Origin: a virus
Length of the DNA: 64,000 nucleotides
Direction: 5' to 3' (one strand)
Virus record (IMG/VR): IMGVR_UViG_3300045988_130116
A program made the position numbers and the translations under genes. The notes beneath the pieces are model-generated. The model saw only the letters and a list, made by a program, of their open reading frames with translations, made no database searches and was not told where the DNA came from. Below, piece by piece: positions 27,374 through 36,086 of this stretch (position 1 is the first letter of the stretch; each line of letters opens with the position of its first letter).

Positions 27374-27757
27374 TTATTCTTTTTCATTTAAATAAATCTT
27401 TTTAAATAATTGTAACATAGGCAATGAATCAACTAAAGCCCCTTCAGTTATTCGCTTATCTTTTTTATATGCTATCAAAATTTTAAAATGTTTTAATAAT
27501 AAATCTCTCAACTCTTTGTGGGTATATGGAACTTTTATAATATATTCATATCTCCCCATATCGTTTTTAGGATTAATTTCTACAATTTTAGCAGTAGGAT
27601 ATTCTTCTCCTATGTATTCTTTATATATTTTTTCAAACGCTAAAAAACCTTCTACCTTCTCTACTCTATAATTCCTAATACTGTTGGGGCTTTTATATAA
27701 ATATTCTCCATCTTCTGCTTTACCTAAAAAAATCCAGTTAGGATAGAATGTTATCAT
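27374..27757 (-). CDS. KEY-G-D-P family paralog (unknown function)
   Basis: 127 aa; FEKIYKEYIGEEYP ... YKKDKRITEG; own cassette promoter. Confidence 0.6.
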   Translation of the reverse strand: MITFYPNWIFLGKAEDGEYLYKSPNSIRNYRVEKVEGFLAFEKIYKEYIGEEYPTAKIVEINPKNDMGRYEYIIKVPYTHKELRDLLLKHFKILIAYKKDKRITEGALVDSLPMLQLFKKIYLNEKE

Positions 27758-27791
27758 ATTACCAACTCCTTTTCTTATTATATATATATAT

Positions 27792-27820
27792 ATTATATCA
27801 TATTATCATAATGTTGTCAA
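27792..27820 (-). promoter_or_regulatory. cassette promoter TTGACA-17-TATAAT
   Basis: Drives 27374..27757. Confidence 0.75.
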
Positions 27821-27828
27821 GTATTAAA

Positions 27829-27857
27829 ATAAAAAAAATCATGCATTAGGCATGATT
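27829..27857 (-). terminator. intrinsic terminator after amidoligase pair
   Basis: AATCATGC-CTAAT-GCATGATT then TTTTTTTATTTT. Confidence 0.7.
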
Positions 27858-28907
27858 AAGTAGATCAGGAATAACTAAATCTTTAAAGGTTGTATTTTCA
27901 TTTATATCTGTTTCTAATAAGGCTAAGATAAATTCTATATACTTATATATCCTATTAGCATCTAACGTCCCCTTGAACCCTCTAAATTCTATTGTATCTT
28001 TATTGGTTAGGTTTATCATTCTTCTTCTTCCGAATGATTCTGAACTAAAAATTATTTCATTGGCTATTCGTGTATCAATTTTCTTATCTTTATAAGTGTA
28101 AAATTCTGCATATGGAGTTTCCCTTCCACAGAAATCTATAACATCTTTTTTATTGTTCTCTAAGAACATTATTATTTGTGGAAGTTTCTTTACAACTTCA
28201 TCAGTTTTAGTAACATGAATGTGTAACCCACATCTATCTGATGTATACATTATCTTTTTTAATTCTGATGTTATTTGTTCTATAATTCCATTATTTTTTA
28301 TAAATTCATAGCTTAAAGGATTAGTTATTGTTTCAAACCCATCCTCTAAAGAACCGTCTCTTTCAAAGCAACATAATGTTCTTGTACTTTCAGAAAACAT
28401 TTTCTCTATACTTGGTCTTTCATCTTGGAAGGAGACTTCTTCATCTTCATTTAAAGATGAATCTAAAGAGTATTCAGATTCTATTTCTAATCCAAAGAAT
28501 ATCCCATTCAAAGGATTACCATAGAGTTTTTTAGGAAAATCATGTTGGTTATGATATCCTCCGATATTTGTGTTTTCAACATCTTTTTCCTTCATACAAT
28601 CTCTGCATAGTTCACTACAAATATCATCTTCGTAAGCTAATTCTCCACATTCACGACATATCATAAATTGGTATGATACACAATCACAAATAAGTCCTCT
28701 AGTGTTTTTTATTTTTGCCATATGGGTAAGTTTCCCTTCTTCGTACAGTTCATATCTTTTATGATATATGCACCAATATACTTTATTATCTTTTATAAGT
28801 TGTTCTAAATAATCTATACACACAGGAGAAGATGAATCCTCTCCTGCTATATAAACCTCTGTAAATACTTCTTTCCCACACTTACATTTTTTTACCATAT
28901 TAATCAC
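27846..28907 (-). CDS. amidoligase (Amidoligase_2 / GS-like COOH-NH2 ligase) with N-terminal Cys-cluster zinc ribbons
   Basis: 353 aa; GIFFGLEIESE..DGSLEDGFETITNP..YEF...RCGLHIHVTK...INLTNKDTIEFRGFKGTL; paralog of 28912..29964 and 40626..41852. Confidence 0.75.
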   Translation of the reverse strand: MINMVKKCKCGKEVFTEVYIAGEDSSSPVCIDYLEQLIKDNKVYWCIYHKRYELYEEGKLTHMAKIKNTRGLICDCVSYQFMICRECGELAYEDDICSELCRDCMKEKDVENTNIGGYHNQHDFPKKLYGNPLNGIFFGLEIESEYSLDSSLNEDEEVSFQDERPSIEKMFSESTRTLCCFERDGSLEDGFETITNPLSYEFIKNNGIIEQITSELKKIMYTSDRCGLHIHVTKTDEVVKKLPQIIMFLENNKKDVIDFCGRETPYAEFYTYKDKKIDTRIANEIIFSSESFGRRRMINLTNKDTIEFRGFKGTLDANRIYKYIEFILALLETDINENTTFKDLVIPDLLNHA

Positions 28908-28911
28908 CCCA

Positions 28912-29964
28912 CTAAAATACTAAGTTTTCTTTAAATAAATCAAACCCACTAACTTTTTCTAAGTCTTTAAATGTAGGTCTCTCTGTTATACTGAATAGAT
29001 GTTCTATATTTTCAACTAAAGCTAGGATAAATTCAATATAACCATAAACTCTTTTAGCATCTAATGTTCCTGCAAAACATCTAAATTCTATTGTGTGTTC
29101 ATTAGTAAAGTTTATACACATATGTCTTCTTCCTTGAGGTCTTAAACATATTCTCTCGGCTTCATAGGCAGTTAATAAGTTTTCTTCTGTATAGAAGTCA
29201 CACCATTCGGTAAATGAATCATAAGTTCTTCTTGAAAAATCAACTATATCATTTTTATTGCTTTCTAGGAAAGATAAGATTAACGGCATAGCTTTTACAA
29301 CTTCATCAGTTTTAGTAACATGAATGTGTAACCCACATCTATCTGATGCATACATTTCATTACCTCTAAGAGTCTCTAATATATCTTCTACTACGAAGTT
29401 ATTTCTCATAAATTCGTAACTCATAGGATAAGTTATTGTTTCAAAACCGTCATCTAAAGAACCGTCTTCTTCAAAATAAACTTTGTCTGAACCTACTTTA
29501 TCTTGTACTGATAAGGCTATAAGATTTCTATCTAAATCACAATCATAATCTCTTTCAGATTCTATTTCTAATCCAAAGAATATACCATTTGAAGGAGTTC
29601 CATGAAAATGTAATTCTTGACCATGGTGATAGTGATAATATTTAATTACTTTTCTTTCTTCGTAACAATGACTACAAAGAACATCATCTCCCATAACATA
29701 TTCGTCTCCTTTTCTCATAGGTCTACCACATTCGTCACAAGTTATATAGTTTTCATCGAATGCTTCTTGACACATTACTCTACAATTATCGTAAACATCA
29801 GTTATTTCAACTCTATTTTCTATTGGTTCGTAATCTCTATGTTCTTCACAATAGAAGTATCTTTCATCTAAACAATCTACACAGAACCATTCTCCGTTTA
29901 ATTTAACCATTTCATATCTATTTTCTTCTTTCCCACAAACTGAACACATCATTTTATTTTCCAT
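28912..29964 (-). CDS. amidoligase (Amidoligase_2-like) with N-terminal Cys-cluster zinc ribbons
   Basis: 350 aa; GIFFGLEIESE..DGSLDDGFETITYP...RCGLHIHVTK...INFTNEHTIEFRCFAGTL; cassette promoter 29996..30024. Confidence 0.75.
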   Translation of the reverse strand: MENKMMCSVCGKEENRYEMVKLNGEWFCVDCLDERYFYCEEHRDYEPIENRVEITDVYDNCRVMCQEAFDENYITCDECGRPMRKGDEYVMGDDVLCSHCYEERKVIKYYHYHHGQELHFHGTPSNGIFFGLEIESERDYDCDLDRNLIALSVQDKVGSDKVYFEEDGSLDDGFETITYPMSYEFMRNNFVVEDILETLRGNEMYASDRCGLHIHVTKTDEVVKAMPLILSFLESNKNDIVDFSRRTYDSFTEWCDFYTEENLLTAYEAERICLRPQGRRHMCINFTNEHTIEFRCFAGTLDAKRVYGYIEFILALVENIEHLFSITERPTFKDLEKVSGFDLFKENLVF

Positions 29965-29995
29965 TCTATCCTCTCCTTTTCTTTATTATACTTAT

Positions 29996-30024
29996 ATTAT
30001 ATCACATTATCAAAGTGTTGTCAA
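29996..30024 (-). promoter_or_regulatory. cassette promoter TTGACA-17-TATAAT
   Basis: Drives amidoligase pair 28912..29964 and 27846..28907. Confidence 0.75.
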
Positions 30025-30049
30025 GTGTTTTTCTTGTTTTTCTTCTTTC

Positions 30050-30421
30050 CTACAAACTTAACATATCTATATCAACAGGTAAAAGTATTTTATCCATATC
30101 AAAATCATATTTAAAGAACCAACTTACATCACCTCTTGTTTTTGTTATCCTTTTATCGTTTTTATATTTTTTTATTTCTGTTGCTCTTTCTTTGAATTTA
30201 TCAGAATATGCTTGTAAATCATTTATTGTCATATTTTCAATTACATATGTATTATAGATTATTTGCTTCATTTTTATTAATTTTAAATCTTCTCCTATGT
30301 ATTCTTTAAATAATTCTTCAAAGGTATTCATTGCTTCACCTCGTATCCCGTAATTATAATCCCACTCTTTTATGAAAACATTGTTCCCTTGTTGTGTTGC
30401 ATTGTATAAAACGATTATCAT
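30050..30421 (-). CDS. KEY-G-D-P family paralog (unknown function)
   Basis: 123 aa; FEELFKEYIGEDLK ... YKNDKRITKT; own cassette promoter. Confidence 0.6.
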   Translation of the reverse strand: MIIVLYNATQQGNNVFIKEWDYNYGIRGEAMNTFEELFKEYIGEDLKLIKMKQIIYNTYVIENMTINDLQAYSDKFKERATEIKKYKNDKRITKTRGDVSWFFKYDFDMDKILLPVDIDMLSL

Positions 30422-30442
30422 TCAATCACCTCCTTTTATATA

Positions 30443-30471
30443 TATTATATCATATTATCAAAGCGTTGTCA
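30443..30471 (-). promoter_or_regulatory. cassette promoter TTGACA-17-TATAAT
   Basis: Drives 30050..30421. Confidence 0.75.
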
Positions 30472-30485
30472 AGTGTTTTTAGATT

Positions 30486-30860
30486 TTATTCTTTTATTAT
30501 TACAGGTATTATTATTGGTTTTTCTCGTGCAAAATAATCTATGAAATAACCAACATTCCCCATAAATCTTTTATCTTTTTTATATTTTTTTATATTTTGT
30601 AAGTCTTCACAGAATGCTTTAGAAAGCGTTTCTATATCTTTTATTTCTTTATTTTTTATTGTATAAAAATCAGGATTTTCTTCTATTATTTCCATTTCTA
30701 AATACTCTAAATTCTTATCTCCATATTCTTTATAAAGTTTTTCTAATCTTTCTTCGTCTTTCCAATTTAAAATATGTCCGTACGCCCATTTGCTAATTAT
30801 TATTCCATCAGTAGGTAATCCTATTTTTTGAATCGTGTAATCAAAAATTTTAATTATCAT
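30486..30860 (-). CDS. KEY-G-D-P family paralog (unknown function)
   Basis: 124 aa; LEKLYKEYGDKNLE ... YKKDKRFMG; own cassette promoter. Confidence 0.6.
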   Translation of the reverse strand: MIIKIFDYTIQKIGLPTDGIIISKWAYGHILNWKDEERLEKLYKEYGDKNLEYLEMEIIEENPDFYTIKNKEIKDIETLSKAFCEDLQNIKKYKKDKRFMGNVGYFIDYFAREKPIIIPVIIKE

Positions 30861-30893
30861 ATCATCAACTCCTTTATTTCTTATTATACCTAT

Positions 30894-30922
30894 ATTGTAT
30901 CATATTATTATACTGTTGTCAA
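30894..30922 (-). promoter_or_regulatory. cassette promoter TTGACA-17-TACAAT
   Basis: Drives 30486..30860. Confidence 0.7.
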
Positions 30923-30941
30923 GTGTTTTTCTAAAAAAAAA

Positions 30942-31400
30942 TTATTTTTTTTCACATTCACATTTAAGATTATTCTTTAGAACATTATTAAATCTTGTTA
31001 TTTTCCTTTGTTCTCCACAAATATGCTCCAATATACAAGGCTTCATATACCCATTAAAAGACACTATCTTCCATTCATCATGGTATTTATCGGATAGTTT
31101 TTTACGAGCTTTCTCAAGCCTTATATCGTGTTTATATTGTTCTTCTTTGAGTGTTATTTTTTCTTTTAATTTAACAACTCTATCTTTTTCATCCTTGCAT
31201 ATATGGTTAACAAAGGGCAAAGTAGATATATATTTAATATTTCTCTTAAATACATACTCTTTACATTTAGGACATTTAAACCAAGCATAATAATCTTGAT
31301 TATACTTTACTTCACTAGGTTTTAAATCATTTAATTCATTATCCCACCAAGTAGTCATTGAGGGATAAACTCCCTCAAAACTATTTGAATATTCTATCAT
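30942..31400 (-). CDS. zinc-ribbon protein (single DUF4379-like unit)
   Basis: WWDNELNDLKPSEVKYNQDYYAWFKCPKCKEY. ATG 31400 after AGGTGA preferred, because the cassette -10 at 31419..31424 leaves a very short leader. Track start is 31409. Confidence 0.55.
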   Translation of the reverse strand: MIEYSNSFEGVYPSMTTWWDNELNDLKPSEVKYNQDYYAWFKCPKCKEYVFKRNIKYISTLPFVNHICKDEKDRVVKLKEKITLKEEQYKHDIRLEKARKKLSDKYHDEWKIVSFNGYMKPCILEHICGEQRKITRFNNVLKNNLKCECEKK

Positions 31401-31418
31401 TATTATCACCTCACAATT

Positions 31419-31447
31419 ATTATATCATATAATTACATTGTTGTCAA
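31419..31447 (-). promoter_or_regulatory. cassette promoter TTGACA-17-TATAAT
   Basis: Drives 30942..31400 with an unusually short leader. Confidence 0.7.
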
Positions 31448-31448
31448 G

Positions 31449-32387
31449 CTAAATTACATCAAATAAAGGATTAGAATTTGATAATTCTTTAAGTTTATCC
31501 TTATCACTATTGAAGTAATGATTAAGAGTAGTTGTACTGCTAGAGTGTCCCAGTTCTTTTCTAACAACGTCTAAGTTCTCACTTGAACCATTTATCATTA
31601 CTGATGAATGACAGGCTCTTAGGGCGTGAGTATTAATTTTATCAAGCCCTGCATTAGTGGATACCTTGTTAATAATTCTAAGAATATCTCTTGAAGATAT
31701 TTTTCTACCTGTTTTAGATAAAAATAATATATCTCCATCTTTTGAAGTAGGTCTATAATTATCTATATAGTAATTTAAGTCTTCTAGTATCTTATTATTA
31801 AGATAAACTATTCTAGTCTTAGAAAACTTAACTCCACCTTCTTCTGCCCATCTAGTCAATATTGTTTCTCCTGTCTCTAGGTTAACATCTTGTATTCTTA
31901 GATATTCTAACTCTGCACATCTTAATCCATTAGATAATAATATAGCTACCATTAAATGATTTCTAAAAGATAATTTACTATCATTTTTATGACTATTTGT
32001 GTACTTTAAAAGAGTGATGGCTTCACCCTGATCTACTACTCTTTTATCTTTGACATTTCCGTTACTTCTAGGTATCGTCCTAGCAGTATTAGTAGTGCAA
32101 TACAATTCTCCTATCATATAAGTATACAATCTACTTAATACGGCTATTCTCTTGTTTATAGTAGCCGATTTAAGTCCTTGTTTTTCTAGTTTAGATAACC
32201 ATTTTATGGAGTATTCACTACTTCTTATTTTGGCTATATTCTCAAATGTAGCCTTTTCTGTATCTCCTTCAAACATATAATCTATCATTTCTTCTAGTAT
32301 TGCTTTATAAGAAGATACAGTTAATTTCTGATTAGCACCTTGAATTTCTGTAAGATATTCTAAGAATAAATTTAAATCTTTATTCAT
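31449..32387 (-). CDS. tyrosine recombinase / integrase (XerC/D-like)
   Basis: LRCAELEYLRIQDV..., THALRACHSSV, LGHSSSTTTLNHYF (R..H..R..Y catalytic pattern). ATG 32387 after AGGAGGGG preferred; track start is 32408. Confidence 0.9.
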   Translation of the reverse strand: MNKDLNLFLEYLTEIQGANQKLTVSSYKAILEEMIDYMFEGDTEKATFENIAKIRSSEYSIKWLSKLEKQGLKSATINKRIAVLSRLYTYMIGELYCTTNTARTIPRSNGNVKDKRVVDQGEAITLLKYTNSHKNDSKLSFRNHLMVAILLSNGLRCAELEYLRIQDVNLETGETILTRWAEEGGVKFSKTRIVYLNNKILEDLNYYIDNYRPTSKDGDILFLSKTGRKISSRDILRIINKVSTNAGLDKINTHALRACHSSVMINGSSENLDVVRKELGHSSSTTTLNHYFNSDKDKLKELSNSNPLFDVI

Positions 32388-32388
32388 A

Positions 32389-32739
32389 TTAACCCCTCCT
32401 AATATCATTAATAAACATTACTGTTTTTCCGTCTCTTAAACATCTATTAAAGAGACTTCTATATCTTTTTAATTTTTTGTCATTCTTGTAACGATTTAAC
32501 TCTAGTAAAGTTTTATTAACACTTTTTACATGGTTGTCAAACTCTTCTTCTGATTCTTCTATATAAAGTCTATCCTTTTCACTTCTAAGATTCAACATCT
32601 TAATCTCTCCAATATATTCTTTGCATAATTGTTCTAATGCCTTTTCTGATTCTAAACTTGTAAGTCTATTTACTCCCCATGCAGATAAATATAATTCATG
32701 TTTATCTGATATAAACACATTGTCTGTAATAAAAATCAT
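32389..32739 (-). CDS. KEY-G-D-P family paralog (unknown function)
   Basis: 116 aa; LEQLCKEYIGEIKM ... YKNDKKLKRY. Confidence 0.55.
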   Translation of the reverse strand: MIFITDNVFISDKHELYLSAWGVNRLTSLESEKALEQLCKEYIGEIKMLNLRSEKDRLYIEESEEEFDNHVKSVNKTLLELNRYKNDKKLKRYRSLFNRCLRDGKTVMFINDIRRG

Positions 32740-33035
32740 ATTAACCCCTCCTTTATTTCTATTCTTTGAAGTTTTACAATGTGTATTTTGCTATAAGTTT
32801 CCAGTGTTTGCTTTAATTGAAAATTGTTCCTAGTATTAATAAGTATTTCTGATATCTTATTAGGAGAGTCTGAATCTTCTTGAGACACTCTTCTTATCTC
32901 TTCTTTAAATATTTCTTTTGCTTTTTTATAAGTATCACTAGGCTCTAACGTAACCACCTCTATAGAGGATACTTTGTAATCGTTATACCAGTCAAATTTT
33001 ATTAAAGTATCTACAGTCACTTTATATATTTTCAT
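32736..33035 (-). CDS. hypothetical protein
   Basis: 99-aa ORF; cassette promoter 33069..33097. Confidence 0.55.
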   Translation of the reverse strand: MKIYKVTVDTLIKFDWYNDYKVSSIEVVTLEPSDTYKKAKEIFKEEIRRVSQEDSDSPNKISEILINTRNNFQLKQTLETYSKIHIVKLQRIEIKEGLI

Positions 33036-33068
33036 ATTATCAACTCCTTCATTTCTTATTATATTTAT

Positions 33069-33097
33069 ATTGTATCATATTATCAGACTGTTGTCAA
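33069..33097 (-). promoter_or_regulatory. cassette promoter TTGACA-17-TACAAT
   Basis: Drives 32736..33035, 32389..32739 and the integrase. Confidence 0.7.
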
Positions 33098-33103
33098 GTG
33101 TTT

Positions 33104-33149
33104 TAATAAAAAAATAAAAAAAATCTAGCATATTAAATACACTAGATTT
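33104..33149 (-). terminator. intrinsic terminator after 33158..33523
   Basis: AAATCTAG-(13 nt)-CTAGATTT then TTTTTTATTTTTTT. Confidence 0.6.
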
Positions 33150-33157
33150 CTTGTAGA

Positions 33158-33523
33158 TTATCCTCTTAATACAACATCAAACAAATCTGTTAAAGGCTTA
33201 TCGTTTAAACCTAACTTAGTCACTTCTTTGAATAGAGGTATAAATTGTTCTAATATAGACTCTTTACTATCTTTATCTTCAATAGAGTATTCTATATTAG
33301 ATAATCCGTCTACTAATACAACTGTATTCTTACCCTCAACCTCTGCATATTCATCATAACAGTTGTCTATTGCCTCTCTAAAACTATTCTCAAAAGCTTT
33401 AGATTGAAGTTCTTGTGTTACTAGTGTCCTTTTAGTTTCTTCTGTCTCATGAACTGCTACAGCTCCGAAAAGACATATTAAACATATTGTTATCCCCATT
33501 ACTGCAAAATATTTATTAATCAT
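33158..33523 (-). CDS. membrane-anchored/secreted hypothetical protein
   Basis: 121 aa; N-terminal hydrophobic segment YFAVMGITICLICLFGAVAV; terminator follows. Confidence 0.55.
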   Translation of the reverse strand: MINKYFAVMGITICLICLFGAVAVHETEETKRTLVTQELQSKAFENSFREAIDNCYDEYAEVEGKNTVVLVDGLSNIEYSIEDKDSKESILEQFIPLFKEVTKLGLNDKPLTDLFDVVLRG

Positions 33524-33536
33524 ATTCCCATCTCCT

Positions 33537-33881
33537 TTAGTCTTCTAACATAAAATTTATTTCTGATATTGCCCACTCATAGCCAAACCATGCTATTTTA
33601 TTTGTATCTAATTCTAACAATCTTGATTCTTCTTGTATGGATTCATTTAATACATTGAATATTTCATCCATATGTTCTATAAAGAATTTCTTTGTGTCAG
33701 TGTAGTATATAAGGCTTGTCACGATACCACTGGAGCACCCATACGTTAAAACATCTCGAATATATAATTTAGTCTCTTCTTCCCCTTCGTCTTTTATTTT
33801 ATCAAGAAGTTCTCTAACAACCTCTTTTAGTAAAACACTATCAGTCTCTTTTAATATTTTATTTAATTTTTCTTTTAACAT
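33537..33881 (-). CDS. hypothetical protein
   Basis: 114-aa ORF. Confidence 0.55.
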   Translation of the reverse strand: MLKEKLNKILKETDSVLLKEVVRELLDKIKDEGEEETKLYIRDVLTYGCSSGIVTSLIYYTDTKKFFIEHMDEIFNVLNESIQEESRLLELDTNKIAWFGYEWAISEINFMLED

Positions 33882-33919
33882 ATGTCAAAACCCCTTTCTT
33901 AAAACAATATCTTAACATC

Positions 33920-34249
33920 CTAATATTCTATATAATTAGGATTTATTACTTTTTGCAATTCTTCTATCATGTTTGTTAAAGTTGTTCTATTTATTCTCTT
34001 AGTACTTTCTAAATAGAACAATATTTTATTAGCACATTTAGTTCCATTTAGACAAGCTTCTTCTAAATTTCTTATTCCGTCCCAAGCTATATCTCTTTCA
34101 TATTCAACTGTTTCTACGCATTTTTCTGCTTTTCTTATAGGCTCTTCGACTGCTTTTCTTACATCATTGCCTAGATTATCTTCCACATAATCTAAAATAT
34201 CCTCTTCACCTCTAAGTACCACCAATTCATTATTAACAAATATATTCAT
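33920..34249 (-). CDS. hypothetical protein
   Basis: 109-aa ORF; cassette promoter 34284..34312. Confidence 0.55.
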   Translation of the reverse strand: MNIFVNNELVVLRGEEDILDYVEDNLGNDVRKAVEEPIRKAEKCVETVEYERDIAWDGIRNLEEACLNGTKCANKILFYLESTKRINRTTLTNMIEELQKVINPNYIEY

Positions 34250-34283
34250 ATTACCGACCTCCCTTTATTTCTTATTATACTTA

Positions 34284-34312
34284 TATTATATCATAAAATA
34301 ATAGTGTTGTCA
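34284..34312 (-). promoter_or_regulatory. cassette promoter TTGACA-17-TATAAT
   Basis: Drives 33920..34249 and downstream. Confidence 0.75.
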
Positions 34313-34317
34313 AGTGT

Positions 34318-34350
34318 TTTTAGAAAATAGCTAAGAGATTTTCTTAGCTA
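34318..34350 (-). terminator. possible intrinsic terminator after 34348..34668
   Basis: 10-bp stem ATAGCTAAGA/TCTTAGCTAT then TTTTCTAAAAA. Confidence 0.5.
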
Positions 34351-34668
34351 TCTAACTCCTATACCGTTACAGAACGGACAGTCTTCGTCTTGGTATATTC
34401 CAGTACCTTTACAAGCCTCACAACGTCTCTTAACCCCTAATCCTGTTTCATTTAGGTAATAAGTAACTCTCTTACCTATTTCTGCATTACAGTTGTAATA
34501 ACTGTATTCATTAGTCCATTTTTCTAATTCTGCTTCACTAGATATAGTTAACCATGTAGGTGACATCCAAACCCCTTTAGGGTTCATTTTAGAAGGTAGC
34601 AAACCTACCCTTACACTACCTTCTTTTTTTATTAATCTTTTTATATCTGTTTTAGTTATTTTCTTCAT
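34348..34668 (-). CDS. hypothetical protein with C-terminal DnaJ-type CxxCxGxG zinc finger
   Basis: 106 aa; CEACKGTGIYQDEDCPFCNGIG. Confidence 0.6.
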   Translation of the reverse strand: MKKITKTDIKRLIKKEGSVRVGLLPSKMNPKGVWMSPTWLTISSEAELEKWTNEYSYYNCNAEIGKRVTYYLNETGLGVKRRCEACKGTGIYQDEDCPFCNGIGVR

Positions 34669-34701
34669 ATTACCAACTCCCTTATTTCTTATTATATATA
34701 T

Positions 34702-34730
34702 ATTGTATCACACTTTAACAATGTTGTCAA
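34702..34730 (-). promoter_or_regulatory. cassette promoter TTGACA-17-TACAAT
   Basis: Drives 34348..34668. Confidence 0.7.
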
Positions 34731-34737
34731 GGATTTT

Positions 34738-35064
34738 TTAGTATTCTTCGCTATAAATATCGTACCAAGTGTTATACGGATAATATCTTTCAAATATATG
34801 ATACTTCCAATTATACTTATAGTCCTTGCCTTTAACGTTGTCTTCTGTTATGACCATTAACTCCTGTTCTTCGTTAGAAGTAGTTATACCCATGATTCTT
34901 ATAGCTTCGCTATATCCCTTCCAGTGTCTGTCGTCTTTTATCTTAATTAACTCTATCTTCGTTACCTTGCTACATAAGCAGCCGTATTCAAACCCTAATG
35001 GTTTAGTTTTATATCTTGTTAACCTCTTGCTTAAAGCCTCGTATTCTTTTCTTATATCTAACAT
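34738..35064 (-). CDS. hypothetical protein
   Basis: 108-aa ORF; cassette promoter 35128..35156 with leader hairpin 35089..35110. Confidence 0.55.
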   Translation of the reverse strand: MLDIRKEYEALSKRLTRYKTKPLGFEYGCLCSKVTKIELIKIKDDRHWKGYSEAIRIMGITTSNEEQELMVITEDNVKGKDYKYNWKYHIFERYYPYNTWYDIYSEEY

Positions 35065-35127
35065 ATTATCACCCTCCTATATTTTTATTAAGGGAAGTTG
35101 CCTTCCCTTATCTCTTACTATACTTAT

Positions 35128-35156
35128 ATTATATCATATTATAAGACTATTGTCAA
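35128..35156 (-). promoter_or_regulatory. cassette promoter TTGACA-17-TATAAT
   Basis: Drives 34738..35064. Confidence 0.75.
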
Positions 35157-35975
35157 CTATTTTTGAAAAAAATCTAATATTTTTTGTGAAGTTTTATTTA
35201 TAATATCTAAAGAATCTTTTAACTCTTTAAGTTCTTTGCCTCTGCTCCAACTTGCAACATAACCAAAGCTATAATCGTCTGTATTAAGTCCTAACCCTCT
35301 GCAAACTATATAAGCTATACTTTCTGCTTGAACTTCTTTAGTTCTTCTATCAATCCCATCATCAAGGTTACAATGTAATATACTATGTGCTAATTCATGG
35401 ATAATTGTTTTTAGTTTGTGAATATCGTCTAAAGATTCTTTTATATGAATATCGTTCATAAGAACATCGTAATATCCATTAGTAGAACCTTCATTTAGGC
35501 TTTTATCTATTGTTATAGCAACCTCTGTATTATTTAAAGCATAATTGATTAGGGATTTAATCTCATCACTATTCTCTTTTAATTCTGTTGCTAAAGAAGG
35601 TTTATCTCCTTCAACTTGAGTGATATCAAATACATTTCCTAATTTAAAGTATAAATGATTTTTTACCACTTCTTCTCCGTCTTCTTCTACTATTGTATTA
35701 TATTTAACTGGGCAAAGTATCTTTAAGGCTTTAGCACCCTTCTTAATCTTAAACCCTAGTCTATTCCAAGTTGTAAAACTAGCAACTTGACCTGCATTAG
35801 GATTTTGTAGCATTATTAAAATTATATTTCCATAACTGTAATTATGGAATTTGCTACAGAAGTCTAGGTATTCTTGATATTTACCACTTTCAAATACCTC
35901 TTTAACTCCACTTTCTAAATCTTGCATGAATTTATTAACCTCTTGTTTCTTTTGTCCTGTTTTTTTATATCTCAT
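35157..35975 (-). CDS. ArdC-like protein (ssDNA-binding N-domain plus HExxH zincin)
   Basis: 272 aa; YSYGNIILIMLQNPNAGQVASFTTWNRLGFKIKKGAKALKI; IIHELAHSILH. Confidence 0.65.
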   Translation of the reverse strand: MRYKKTGQKKQEVNKFMQDLESGVKEVFESGKYQEYLDFCSKFHNYSYGNIILIMLQNPNAGQVASFTTWNRLGFKIKKGAKALKILCPVKYNTIVEEDGEEVVKNHLYFKLGNVFDITQVEGDKPSLATELKENSDEIKSLINYALNNTEVAITIDKSLNEGSTNGYYDVLMNDIHIKESLDDIHKLKTIIHELAHSILHCNLDDGIDRRTKEVQAESIAYIVCRGLGLNTDDYSFGYVASWSRGKELKELKDSLDIINKTSQKILDFFQK

Positions 35976-36008
35976 ATTATCAACTCCCTTATTCTTTATT
36001 ATATTTAT

Positions 36009-36037
36009 ATTATATCATATTATAAGGTTGTTGTCAA
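36009..36037 (-). promoter_or_regulatory. cassette promoter TTGACA-17-TATAAT
   Basis: Drives ArdC-like gene 35157..35975. Confidence 0.75.
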
Positions 36038-36046
36038 GTGATTTTA

Positions 36047-36086
36047 GAAAAAAAATAAAAAAATATAGTGGAATAAATCCACTATA
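36047..36086 (-). terminator. intrinsic terminator after 36082..36345
   Basis: TATAGTGG-ATTTATT-CCACTATA then TTTTTTTATTTTTTTT. Confidence 0.7.

Noticed and set aside
31449-32387. attP site next to the integrase
   Set aside because: The recombinase gene is embedded in a cassette-driven operon with no adjacent non-coding stretch or obvious core/arm repeats. I could not identify an attachment site. The enzyme may act as a Xer-like resolvase for a plasmid-prophage.
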